DNA of 61,372 bases, the filler included, from Sphacelaria rigidula (Eukaryota), in the NCBI GenBank assembly GCA_964200075.2. It is 8 parts of 8 records of this genome, joined end to end, with 100 filler letters (N's around TTAATTAATTAA, not from the genome) between each part and the next. Parts side by side here need not be neighbours in the genome. Positions count along the whole stretch, not along the records: positions 7,686 to 15,270 come from CAXNAA020014216.1; positions 15,371 to 22,954 come from CAXNAA020014217.1; positions 23,055 to 30,638 come from CAXNAA020014218.1; 5 more parts are not named here. One strand, written 5' to 3'. Within the stretch, counting starts at the first letter, position 1. Each line of letters opens with the position of its first letter. The translations under genes were made by a program, and so were the position numbers. The notes under the pieces were generated by a model. That model saw only the letters and a list, made by a program, of their open reading frames with translations, was not told where the DNA came from and did not search any database. This document shows, in pieces, positions 13,196 through 24,999 of this stretch.

Positions 13196-14116
13196 CTGAC
13201 CAGTTTCGTTTCGACGTTTACATCCATTTTTTTCATGAAGGGGAGGTTGGGTTCCATCAGCGAACAACGCCCAAGCGAAAAAAAAGGGGGGGAGGGGGGC
13301 ATGGAAAATGGAGGAATAATGAAAGCTCAAATCAAATCAAATCAAATCAAATTGAAATGTTTCAAAATTTGAACGGAAATCAAATTGACAATAAACAGCG
13401 AATGATAAAAATACAACTAAACTAGGATTAGAAACGAGAAAAGTAAAAATAAACAAGAAAACAAGAGGAATAAAAAAACAGTGACGAGCTCCAAAGCGAA
13501 TTGACGCGCTTCACCAGGTGGATATCATCACATTACATGTATCCATCAACAGGGCAGTCTTCAACCCAAGCTACAAACGAATTTACGAACGCAAGAAAGT
13601 AACCTGCACACGCACGCGAGGCCGCACCAAACTCCACAATACAATCGCTCGCTCATTCTTGCTCATACATTCATGCAAATCATGCTAAAAAACTACCGTT
13701 ATAACCAGCGGAACAAAAAAAGAGGTCAGCATTATACCCCTCCCCACCCCCCCACCTTTCCCCCCCAAGGCAACATCTTCAAACGAAAAAAGACCGAGGC
13801 GGGAACAGGAACAAGCGTCCAAACAATGCAGAGCATGTGGCTCAAGCGCCGCAAACCATGGACATCCCGCCCGCCACTCTATCGAACATTCTGCTCTTGG
13901 ACGCTCTTCCTTGTGCCGTTTTTTTTCGGTCTCGGGAAGGCGCGGCCCAAGCATGTACCGCACCGACACGTACACTTCTTGCTCCAGTAGAGTGTTCGTG
14001 TTTTCCATCATGATTACTCGTCTGCTCCCATGCCATGTACCCTCTCCCACCACCATCAGTGTCTAAGTAGATTAGCAACGACACACCAGGTCCTCTTTTA
14101 CCACTACACGCCGAAC

Positions 14117-14323
14117 CTGACTATTGCGCCCGACGGTGGGAAGGCGTTCGAGGTTGTAGTTCACAGCCAGACGCCCCAGTTCGAAGATGTAAGGGAACGA
14201 CGGTCGCATATCCCGTCGGATGGGGTCCTCCTTGTAGTCCATGCACTCGCGGAAGCTCAGATAGCGAGGCTGACGTGCGCCCTCCGAGCGGAACAGCACG
14301 CTCACCATGCGAACCCCGGCCGA
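14117..14323 (-). CDS. ACC: Acetyl-CoA carboxylase exon (SAGVRMVSVLF...EDPIRRDMRPSFPYIFELGRLAVNYNLERLP...)
   Basis: CAG acceptor, GTTCGG donor, 207 nt, phase 0. ED...R...P.....EL.RL..NY.L motif of the ACC central domain. Confidence 0.88.
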
Positions 14324-15196
14324 CTGTCGAGAAAGGGCAAGAAGCAACGACAACGCAAGAGAGACGCACAAGTGAAGAAAAGAAACGAAGAATTTAAAGA
14401 CGCAGACATGAATAGCAACGGAGGGAAGCTGAAGCGAAGTAGTACTCGGAGATTCTGCATCGAACACGGATAACACGGGAACGGGACGCACACGGGACAC
14501 GCCTTTATTCCGCTGCCTATGCATCCATATCTCTACTTATCCCGCCAACCCGCCCGCCCGCATTCGTTCCATCTCGTCAACAATTGCTGTGTAGTACGCC
14601 AGGCCACTCATCTATCGATGCAGGCTCGCGGTCGGCATAACCCAGAGAAGTTACCGCGCTTATTCGAATGTACGAACAAAAGAACAGAACACACTCTGGA
14701 CAAAATAAAGTATGGAATTTTTGTCCAATGCAATGGATGCGGTATTCGAGGTTTTACGCAGTACACTTTTTTGAGAGTGAACTATCTCGTCATCATCCGG
14801 GATGCGGAATGTAATAAAACCATGAGCGGCCAGGTAGACGCTCGTCCTGAAGACTCGCGCACTCACACACACAACACATATGCGGCAAGACATTGCGCCC
14901 TCCGCCCATGTTTTCCTTCAACCATCTCGTCGAACGAATGCTGAGTCCCCTCGGCTTAGCGATTCCCCGCCACGGAACAAAGTCATACTCCAAAACGGGT
15001 GCACACCACGACCTCCTCCATGTCATTTCAACACCCTGGACAAAATATCATGTATAAAAATTGTACTGCATACAGTATGAAATCCGTTGTTGCAGTAGGA
15101 GTAATAGTCGATACTTTACGCAGTACACTTTTTGATTTGTGTATTCTCTTGTCAACGGTGTGCATTTTTTATACTACTGTACACTCGAGGATGACT

Positions 15197-15270
15197 GTGT
15201 GTGTGCTGTGTTGTCGTCCCATTTATTCTGGGCGCCAGTCTACCCCTTTCGGGATATGTGGGCGCATCAG
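15197..15270 (-). mobile_element. SINE family A 3' end, cut by scaffold end
   Basis: Reverse complement of the family A tail. Confidence 0.65.
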
Positions 15271-15370
15271 NNNNNNNNNNNNNNNNNNNNNNNNNNNNNN
15301 NNNNNNNNNNNNNNTTAATTAATTAANNNNNNNNNNNNNNNNNNNNNNNNNNNNNNNNNNNNNNNNNNNN
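15271..15370. other. Artificial scaffold linker
   Basis: N44-TTAATTAATTAA-N44. Confidence 0.97.
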
Positions 15371-15684
15371 ATCGAAATAGTGCGATATTTCCCCGTCTAA
15401 CATCATGGCACTTTTGGCACATTCTGTCATCTTCTTCACCATATCGGGGAGGGGGGGGGGCGTACTCATTTCGGGGAGGGGGGGCGGGGATTTCGTCAAC
15501 ATTCGCCTATCAATGCGCTGGTAGTCTAGCCAACGCTACATACCTTGGTTCACCTTCAGAGGAGTTCTATGCTGTCTCTGAGGCTCATATATATACACAC
15601 ATGTTTCACGCAACGAAGTACGAAATATTTCAAGCCACGGATGAAAAAATCCGAGACAAAATATTGGTGACGAACTATGCACGC

Positions 15685-16193
15685 TGTGACGGTTTCAGAG
15701 ATATCCAACTAGACTACTGACCAGTCAGGGCTGACTGGTCAGTGGTCTAGTTAGTTGTCTCTTAAACCGTCACAAAAGTGACTCGTGGGGGTCCAATCCC
15801 CGTCGCTTTCAATACGAGCGCGACTCCCCCCACCAGCGCCCTATCGACTGCTATCAGGACCTCTAGTGTTGTCGCTTTGACCGTATCCTACAGTTACTCC
15901 TCTCCCCCACTCATTCCAAGAGTGTGTGCACTGGGGACCTTAGCAGTCAACTCCAAACATACTTCCTGTGCTGCAGCAGCTGTACGCACCAGGCTTTACC
16001 CCACCCTTTTCTCTTTGGGCCAATTTTTTACAGAGGTCTTCTCTCCTCTTTTCTTTCTTTAAAGAAAGTGCGTTCGACGGGAATCGAACCAGCGACTAAC
16101 TTTTGTGACGGTTTAGGAGACAACCAACTAGACTACTGACCAGTCAGCGCTGACTGGTCAGTAATCTAGTTGGTTGTCTCCTAAACCGCCACA
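15685..16193 (-). mobile_element. Non-coding 509-bp element with two 90-bp palindromic TG...CA terminal repeats and a tRNA-like Pol III promoter (TRIM/SINE hybrid-like)
   Basis: Palindromes at 15685-15774 and 16104-16193, which are also direct repeats of each other. Minus-strand A-box 16135-16124 and perfect B-box GGTTCGATTCC 16090-16080. Mirrored degenerate pair on the plus strand. Confidence 0.75.
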
Positions 16194-16848
16194 ACGTCTA
16201 TGTTCAAGGACATATGGATCATTGTCAGTCATGTCAACATCGTAAAACATCACGCCGCACACCACAAGTACCACCCACTGGGCATATGGTCCAGTTTCTC
16301 GCATTTTTCGATGTGTAGCGGTGGACTTAGTCGAATATTAAATCCTTCGCGAGATGTAACCGGTACATTTTGTCTCGCATTGACGCACACATTTCTATAA
16401 ATACATTTTTTATTTCTACTGCGATTTACGTTTGTCCGATCGTTACTGATCACCCTGGATGATGACCAAACCAAACACGGTTTTCCTCTAGGCGTTCCGG
16501 TGCAGCAATAGGATTGTTATGGCAGGGCGGGGCGATTTTCATCCGCTTTCCTCGATCGTCGCACTTGACCCTCAAAGCGCGATGCGGGTAGTCCATCTGG
16601 ATCACGCACATTTTTTTCAAGCGGAATTGATGCCGGTTCAGGAGGTAACCTACCCTCGCGGTCAAAGATTTCAAAGGAAACACCCCTTTCCCAGGACGAA
16701 TTCGTAGTTCCGAGCGGGGTCAACCAAGCCATCTCTCTCTTCCATCTCTACTTGCCTCATACTTGCTCTGTGCCGCAAGTATCATATTTAACGTTTACAC
16801 GGGTCCTTGACCGTGTCCAATGCCTTTGGCGATGCTTTTATTGGAATC

Positions 16849-17100
16849 TGTGACGAAAATACGCCGTCACGTTGAGTGAAGAGTGATGATATGGATGATT
16901 ACCCTTGGTAGTGATGATCTGGATAATGACCGGGGGCACTAGGTTGATACTCTGGCGTGTCTAGGTGGGTGCCCTGGTAGATTACTCCAGGACAAAAAAA
17001 GGTGTTGTGAAGGCTAACAACTGAAACCTGAGGCCGGTGGAACTGGGGAGTCCCTCAACAGTATTAGACGCCGCAGTACTAGCAACCCGCTGGCGTTACA
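16849..17100 (+). mobile_element. 5' LTR of a Ty3/Gypsy element
   Basis: Termini TGTGACG...CGTTACA, homologous to the LTR at 57647-57848, followed by gag. Confidence 0.8.
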
Positions 17101-17398
17101 ATATCGATATTAGTGATAGTCGTGCTAGTAGTGCTATCGTTAGTGACTGCTGGAAATGTTTCAGTAGAGAGGAGTCTGGACAGCTTCGGACATATGGCTT
17201 CACGGACGCGTGAGGAGGGTTCAAGCTGAGGTAGCTGCGAAGGCGGCTGGCCCGTGATTGATCCAGACTGGAGACTTGGTGGAGCTGCGTGCAGCGGGAG
17301 TTTATAGGACCCCACGGCTGTGTGGTGCGGCGACGAAGGCAGGCGTGAACTGTTGAGTTCGAGAAGGTTCAGAAGCCTTCGATAAGGTTCGCTCGGAA

Positions 17399-18330
17399 AT
17401 GTCGACTACAGAGGTACCGACCGAAGAGCCAGCGGAGACGACCGTAACCCCAGTTGTTCTGAGAGAAGAGTTGCGGCCTCCCAGTTACGGGAATTTGCAT
17501 TCTGAGTGTGCTTCTCGTTCGTTTTATACGAAATATGTGGAATACAAGAAGCGGGCGGAACATGCGAATGGGGGGGGGGGGGTGCGGTAAGGCATCAGTT
17601 GGTACCCATGGCGCAACTCGTGCCCACTCCCCTTCAACGCGTTTTTGCGAGAAGATCCCTCGAGAACACCGTAACGCCGCTGCAATCGGCTGTAGCGATC
17701 AAGAAGCATGCAGGGCATGCGGCGGGCGCTGACGTAGAGCTAACCCAGGCGTCCGCGGCCGTGGCGATGGCTGTCGCCATGAACCACAAGGGGAAGACCA
17801 CGCGTGAGAGGGTGGAGCCAATCATGGGAAAGTTGGAGACATATTTTTCGGAAAATCCCAACATCGAGATGGTTTATCGTTTCTCCGATGGGAACTTCCG
17901 TCCAGGGCCGGCTGCGGTGATCACGAAAGTGATGGTGGAGGGTCCGGCACCGGCGGAATTCAAACAGGCCGTGCTTGTGAAATTACAGCACGAAACCAGT
18001 TGGAAGTCAGACCCGTACTTACCTATGGATACCGTGGTGACTGACGCTCAAGCATGGCGGAAGATTGAAGCATTCGGGAAATCATCCACTTCGTCGTCGC
18101 AGTCTTCGAGCTCGCGTAACCGCGGATCAAAACCCGCAGGCAGTGCCGCCGCCAACATGACTTGCTTTCAGTGTGGCCACGTAGGCCACTACGCACGCAA
18201 GTGCCCAACGCCTTCCGAGGGGAAGTCTGGGCAGACGAGTGCCGCGCGCCATCGCAATCACGAGAAAGGAAAAGGTAATCGGGGTGGTGGCGGAGGCGGA
18301 TCCTCCAGCGGTGGAAGTGTGCAGTCGAGC
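17399..18330 (+). pseudogene. gag: Gypsy gag with CCHC zinc knuckle, frameshifted and 3'-truncated
   Basis: ORF 17399-17590 changes frame at a G-run into ORF 17506-18399. Knuckle CFQCGHVGHYARKC. Unrelated A-rich sequence follows after ~18330. Confidence 0.75.
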
Positions 18331-18964
18331 TGCTGCTTGAGGAAAAAAAAAGGGGGAGGGAAAGAAAAGATAGACGTACCCCAAATGAAAGCAACCTGAA
18401 ACACTCGCGAAATGAAAACTCGAAAAACGCAAAAATATATATTTTTTTTAAATGAAACCGTGGGACAAGACGATCTGAGAGTAACCTCAACAAAAACGAT
18501 AGACAATACAGGACAGATTGGCCCGTGTCCAGGGCGCTTCCAATTTCAATTTATTGCGGCGTTTGTGACGTTGCCGTCTCGAATTTCGGCGGTTAAACCG
18601 GAGTGGTCTCGGCTGGGCCCTTCTACTCAAAAATGAAGGTCTGCCCGTAACTTATTTTATATTTACACGTGGTATCCATCTCCTTACGGTGGGTAGTTGA
18701 GGGACTGGTGAACTTGGTTCAGTACCAAAATGCCCAGGTATTATAATGTTAATGCTTTATCTTGTCTCGTTCGAATCACGTGTTCCATGCTAATAATAAA
18801 AACTGCCTGTACTGCAGCATGGTTGTGTCCTTGTAATCCTCAACAAAAACTACGCTCCCCGCGCCTCTGCACAGTTCATGTCATTCCTTGACAAAAACTA
18901 ATAACAACAACTACACAGTTCATGATATCTAGAGCATGTCGGTGGCATTTGTATCACGTGTTTT

Positions 18965-19335
18965 GTGTTGTGTGTTGTCGTCCCATCTATTCTGGGCGCG
19001 GGGCCCAGTCTACACCTTCCGGTATATGTGGGCGTAGCAGCCCGGGTCACACAGGAGGAAGGTCAACAAAGGAGCTTACTCGTTTTTTTCTTCTTCCTTT
19101 GTTTTTCGTACCCCACCTTCCTTCTGCGGTGCTTGCATTTTGTTTTTATGGCGAGAGAGGTTCAGCAGTCCCTTTCCCTCGTCGACCGTTAGGTCGAATT
19201 TTGTGTACCCACGACATAATCGCTCTCCACTGTTGTGCATGGTGTGAGATAAAGTCCTAGACCGCTCCGAGAATTGAACCGACGACCCAACCGTCAGAAG
19301 GTTTCGAGATTACCAACTGAGCCACCGGGGCGACC
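18965..19335 (-). mobile_element. SINE family A, full length
   Basis: Minus-strand head GCCCCGGTGGCTCAGTTGG...GGTTCAATTC, colinear with 3753-4101. Confidence 0.8.
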
Positions 19336-20066
19336 CGCTATCATGCAAATCCGTTTTTGGATTGGTACGGTATACTATTTGGTACAGCACTAGATCGAAA
19401 AAACCGGTTCACCACACCTCCAAGTGCAACAACGATGGACTCGCTGGCATCTCTTCTGCGTGTTTCCGAATAAAGCGTGATGAAACATCAGGAGCAATAT
19501 CGTGACGGTCTGCCACAGGGGAGTACAACGCTGTAGTGCACAAGCGCGTTGGCACGATGTCGGCAACACGGAAAATCGCGCACGCGCTAGCGTGCGTGCT
19601 GCTCGAAAATAACGCGCTCCGCCCGTGTAATTTGATTCAGTGCATTTATTTAATTCAATGCAGAGGTTACCCTATGGGCCTGGAGGCGATACTGCGCACC
19701 AACCGCAGCGTGACGCCCGCGGCGGTACTACCTGCTCACTGCACAGCGGCAAGGTGCAGGGTGACAAAGCATACCGCAGGACGTGACATCCTTAGCCTAT
19801 CCCTGTCCCGCATTGATTTTGTGTTGTCCTGTACAGTTCGCCACATCTTGAATGCAGCCGCTTGCATGGCGGCCAACGTGTACGCAGGATATCACCCCTC
19901 GCTACGCGCTACAGTATATCGCTAGGTCACATTTTGCAAAGCTGTCCGTGTTGCAGCTACACCGTGCGTTTGCCCCAGGTGGCGTACGCAGGAGTGAAAG
20001 GCCGCCAGCGCCCGCTGTAATGGCAGCCTGTATCTCGGGCAAAGCTGTACGGTAACACAGCCGCGG

Positions 20067-20137
20067 CTGGTGCGCCCACATATACCGAAAGGTGGAGACC
20101 GGCGTCCAGAATAGATGGGACGACAAGACACAACACA
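20067..20137 (+). mobile_element. SINE family A 3' fragment
   Basis: CCCACATATACCGAAAGGT...GATGGGACGACAA tail. Confidence 0.6.
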
Positions 20138-20754
20138 CTGACTTTGCGCAGTACACTTTCAACATCGTGTTTGCATCGACTGTAGAAATCTTTGTGCACG
20201 GTTGGGTGCATTTCCATATATAATGCAGGGTCTGATACAGCTTCGCTCATAATGTACTAGGAGGGTCTGGTACACATTTCTACATGTAAACGTATGTAAT
20301 GTTACTCAGTGATATCGTGAAAAAACTCCGCAACATCTGGGCGAACTGCACGTGAGGCAATCGCCGGAATATTCACCTGCGAACTCTGCTCCAGTGCACT
20401 GTGAGGTGATATCGCTATAAGGACACTACCATAACCACCTTGCCGGCTGCTAGACTGTCAGGACGTAGGATCCGCTAGCATTGCTACTCTCTGTACGGGG
20501 ATGTTACCCCTTGTCGGGAACGTTTTGGAGCATGATATTAGACGTAAATCATCGTTACTTGTACATGGGCGCCAAACGCTGGGGGTTCTAACTCAAGACT
20601 TCGATGTGGAAAACAATACTAGGTAGGCAGCAGCAACGGCTGTGTGTCCAGGTGCCCCTTGGAGCAAGATGCGTTTGGTTTCTGTTTGACGAAATTATCC
20701 CCAAAAAAACGAAATCGGTAGGGGTTTTAGAGTGTAAAAATCTAGCAAAACAAA

Positions 20755-20910
20755 TGTCACAAGAATCGGGTCGCAGAAATCAGGTCGCAGAAATCAGGTC
20801 GCAGAAATCATTTCGCAGAAATCAAGTCGCAAAAATCATAGCGCAGAGATCAAAATCGCAGAAATCAAGTCGCAAAAATCCTGTCGCAAAAACGGAGTCG
20901 CAAAAATCCA
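20755..20910. repeat. Minisatellite, ~14-bp unit TCGCAGAAATCAGG, ~10 degenerate copies
   Basis: Visible tandem periodicity. Confidence 0.8.
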
Positions 20911-22233
20911 GGGAGTCGAATTTTCACCCGCAGCAGGAACCAAATACACTTTGTGAAGTTGGAACAGGACGCAACAGAACAAAAAACGAAACATGTCACG
21001 CATGTATGTACTATGGACCCGCGTATAGATAGATTGACCTCTTGATACTCAAGACCCGCCCAGAGGCAGGAGCGAGAGGATAAGAAAAAGGATGAGGGGC
21101 GACAAAAAAAAGGGAGGCTAGGTTCCAGATGTGTTTCTCTCATGTCATACTCGTAACCCCTTCCCCTTGCCTTCCTCGCGACGAGTCCATAGTCTCATAA
21201 GAATCAAGCCATCTCCCCCCCCCCCCGATACATCCCTCCCTCAGATTGTATTCTCAAGGATTGTTGGATCATGACCGCTCTCCTGCACCGCACCCCGTCG
21301 ACTTTGCATCTCGTCGAAAATTGTGTATAGCAACTCACGTACGTCCCCACCCTTTTCAATGAAAAGATAAACGTTGAAAGGTGGTGATATTATCCGCAAG
21401 CTACCACACTTACCGGATGGTGTAGTACGACAACATCGCCTTCGTACAAGCAGTCGGACTTGTACGACTCCAGCGAGCCGCCAACTTTCACGACCTTTTC
21501 GGATTGGTGAAGGGACAGCGTTTGATAGGATGGGCACGGTCGGGCAACGGGGGCGCAGCGAGCGTTACCTGACTGTTCCATTCGTCTCTTTCGTTTTGTT
21601 GTTTGTTTGCCAGTGAAGCGACTCAATATTTCCCTTTTTTTCGTAATATTATCTTCCGTTTTTTATTAATGCTATTAAAATTATCATTATTTCTGTCATG
21701 ATTTATATATTGATAATTAATACCTCTGTGTTCTCATCATCATTGGTACTATTTTAATCATAATAACTACGATCAAAATAGGGGTAGGGGTCCCGGTCAT
21801 TCGTTGTCGTGTGTTGTTCAGTACTTTCGCTCCTTTTTTTATTTTCCGCTTTTTATTCCTTGTTACTTTCTTACCGCTGTCCTTCACCACCTACGGATGA
21901 GACTGAAGAGCGTTCTTCGTCAAAGACAAGCCGATCGACACAAATCGAAGGAGGAGGGGGGGGAGAGGTACAGCGAAGATTCTTTTCTCTCGTCTATCCG
22001 CCCGTCCGTTCGTCCGTCCGTTGGTTCGCTTGATTGCGTCTCCTCTTCATACTTCCTTGTTTTCGTGTCTCTTTATGTGTTGTCTCATTTCCCCTTGTTA
22101 CCTCGCATGTCCCCCCCTTTCCCCTTCCCATTCCTCTCTCACATCTTCATTCAACAGCGTACACCCCCCCTCCCGAGTCAGTATTTAATATATTGCACAC
22201 AGGCGCCACTATCTGTCTGCAAAAATGTGTTAC

Positions 22234-22422
22234 CTGCACACCAGACGGCATACCGTTACCGCTTCGCATGACAGCGCTGCCCCCGTAGCCTTCGGTCAAG
22301 TACACCACGCTGCCGCCCTGGCACGTTCCAAGGACGTTAACACCATTAGCAGTCGCAGCAGCAGCAGCAGCAACAACACTGATGTGAGCAACCGGCTTGA
22401 GCAAGTCCACGCGCAAATCCAT
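22234..22422 (-). CDS. Possible isolated exon (MDLRVDLLKPVAHISV...GTCQGGSVVYLTEG...), product unknown
   Basis: Coding-like composition and donor CAG|GTAACA at 22234. No convincing acceptor or partner exon. Confidence 0.25.
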
Positions 22423-22954
22423 GCAAAGAGCTCAACACCTTGACCCTTTTAGCACTGGCGATGGGAAAGTGTGGACTTCCAGGTGCTGCTTTTTTAAACG
22501 GCGTACGGTTGAATTTTCACAGCTTTCACGCAAAACGATTAGCCCGAGCCTTGTTTTTCAGACCCGTTTAAAAATGTGCCCAAGTGCAGCACGGGACTCA
22601 GTATATAGAAAATAGACAGGTGGTGTCGATTTTTGTTTGTATAAAAGGTCAGGCACGCAAGTACTAATTTTGGCTGTGCGCACAGGTCGAACATGACCCG
22701 TTGCGTCTCCTCAGTGGACAAAACCAATCCGACCGCACCGGGGTGACATTTTTGGTGCGCGCATGACGTATGCTGCTGGATTGTTTTGTGGCCTTCCGCC
22801 CTGAAAATGGTTGCCGTGGGTCATTCATGTTCCCATATTTTCTTCTTTGCCAGGTCTTGAAATAATTAGGCATCTGACCCGGGCACGGAAGAGTGTACTC
22901 ATGATGATGCATGCCATAGTCATAAGACCGTTGACCTCGCATCCCTACAATGCC

Positions 22955-23054
22955 NNNNNNNNNNNNNNNNNNNNNNNNNNNNNNNNNNNNNNNNNNNNTT
23001 AATTAATTAANNNNNNNNNNNNNNNNNNNNNNNNNNNNNNNNNNNNNNNNNNNN
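22955..23054. other. Artificial scaffold linker
   Basis: N44-TTAATTAATTAA-N44. Confidence 0.97.
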
Positions 23055-24999
23055 GATACGAAGATTTTAATCCTCCGTGTTCTCATCCTCAATGAAAATC
23101 TCCATCCTCAACATAGATGATCCGCTGTTGTTGTCAAGGTTTCAGGTGTTTGGAGCACTATTATTATCTTTGCTATTTTGACCATTGCCCCAGCGTAGAT
23201 CGTAGTTTTTGTATCACTAGACAATCGCACAACAAGTAGAAACGTAGGATGTTTGGTGTGAAGATTCTCAACCAAGTAGCGGTCTTCTCAATTCAATAAC
23301 CCTTCCTTGTGGAACCCACTGACGATGTTTTCTGTTGCGAATTGGCATCCTTTTCAGTCATTTTCGAGTCAAATTTTCCTGTTTTTCTGCTAACTTTCTG
23401 CCGAAGACTAGGTTCAACACCGCCAGGTTCCAGTGGTGCAGTTTGGGCCACTCTTGATTATCATTGTTACTATTATTTTGCACATTATTAGTCCGATCTC
23501 GCGAAGCCGTGGTCACAGACGTAGGCTCGCCTTTCCTATACGGTAACCGTCCTTGCTATTCCTTACCAGACACATTACCAAAACAAAGAAAAAATAAGAA
23601 GGGAGGCGCCACGAAAACCGGTGAGAAGTAGCTCCCCCGAGTTCAACGGGGAGAGAAAATAAAGAAAGAAAGAACGAAAGAAAAACAAACAAACAAACAA
23701 ACAAACAAACAAACAAACGCCAGATCTGTCAAAAGTGTACACCGAAAGAAAGGAAGAGAGAAGATAATAATGAAGGACAAAAAACAGGAAAAGACAGGTG
23801 ACATGATGAAATCAAGTAGCTCCATAATTTTTGCCTCTTACGGTGCCTCCGCCGGGGCCTCCTCGCCAGCCGGTGGGAGTACTGCTGTAGACAACAGTGC
23901 ACTCAATCAAGTAGCACGAAACACAACAACTGTTGGTTAATGTAATCTATGGTTGATTTGAAATGATCAAAATGGGTTGTGCGAGGGTAGACAGTAGACA
24001 GTGCACAGCCAGGCTGTCTGAGTAGTCAGCTATCTCTACGGGAACAAAGGTGCTGATTTTGACGACCGTGATTGGTCAGAATGGTCACCCCGCGCCTTTC
24101 GGGCCTCTTGCACGGCTCATGATTTTCCGCGGGAAACTTTCAAACACACATGGTTTAGCCCGTGAGCGTCTCCGATGCTCTGCGGAGAGACGCCCGCCCC
24201 CCCTCAGAAACCACCCATCCCCGAGCTCTGGAAACCCCCGAATGTCTCGGGACTGTCAGCCTATACAACTGTTCCGAGGCGACGCTCGCTGTCTAAGGGT
24301 GAACTACCACTGTGCAACCTCTGCTACTGTATACTACTGCCCTGCGACGGTAGTCGGTCTGTTTCGAGAACAGTACAAAATACCACGCGCCAATATTTCC
24401 AACATGATGCAGGTGGACGTTTCCCTCTTCGCCGTCTAAGGGATACGCCGCCACCCCACTACGAAAGAGTCATGCCGAAAAGCCCCCAACTTTCTATAAT
24501 ACTAGTTTGTGCAACCACTAAAAATGCCGCCGTCTCACCAAGAATCGCCGTTTTCCCGTCAAGAATCGCCTTTCCCGGGGGGCTGGTATCGCGGCAACCT
24601 ACCAAAAACTTCTCCTCTGCTCGTTTTCCTTTCCACGGACTATATCGTGCCCAGGAACGCACACAACAAAGGGTATGATGGCCTCTGACATTTTCTAAGT
24701 TGTCATGAATTACGGTAAGTATATCATGCCATGCAAGTAAGAATGTCATACCGTTTGACACACACACCGCACGAAAGGGTCATATCGTTGGGTCAAATCG
24801 TTGAGACAAGGCGTTTCCAGGAAAATTCTTCGCGTGGGTTGCAGGGTCGTTGAAGGTCAAGAACCGTTCTCTACTATCTCTGCGTTGCTCAAGGGATTGC
24901 ATGTACCCTCCGTGTACGAAGCACACTTTGGCAGAGACACAAATCATCAGTGCACGGGCAACGCCAAACATTCAGGGGTGGAAGTAATATCATAGCATC

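Noticed and set aside
19255-19335. tRNA gene
   Set aside because: Has A and B boxes but no closed cloverleaf and is fused to a repeated SINE body; the same applies near 5100, 16100 and 30050.
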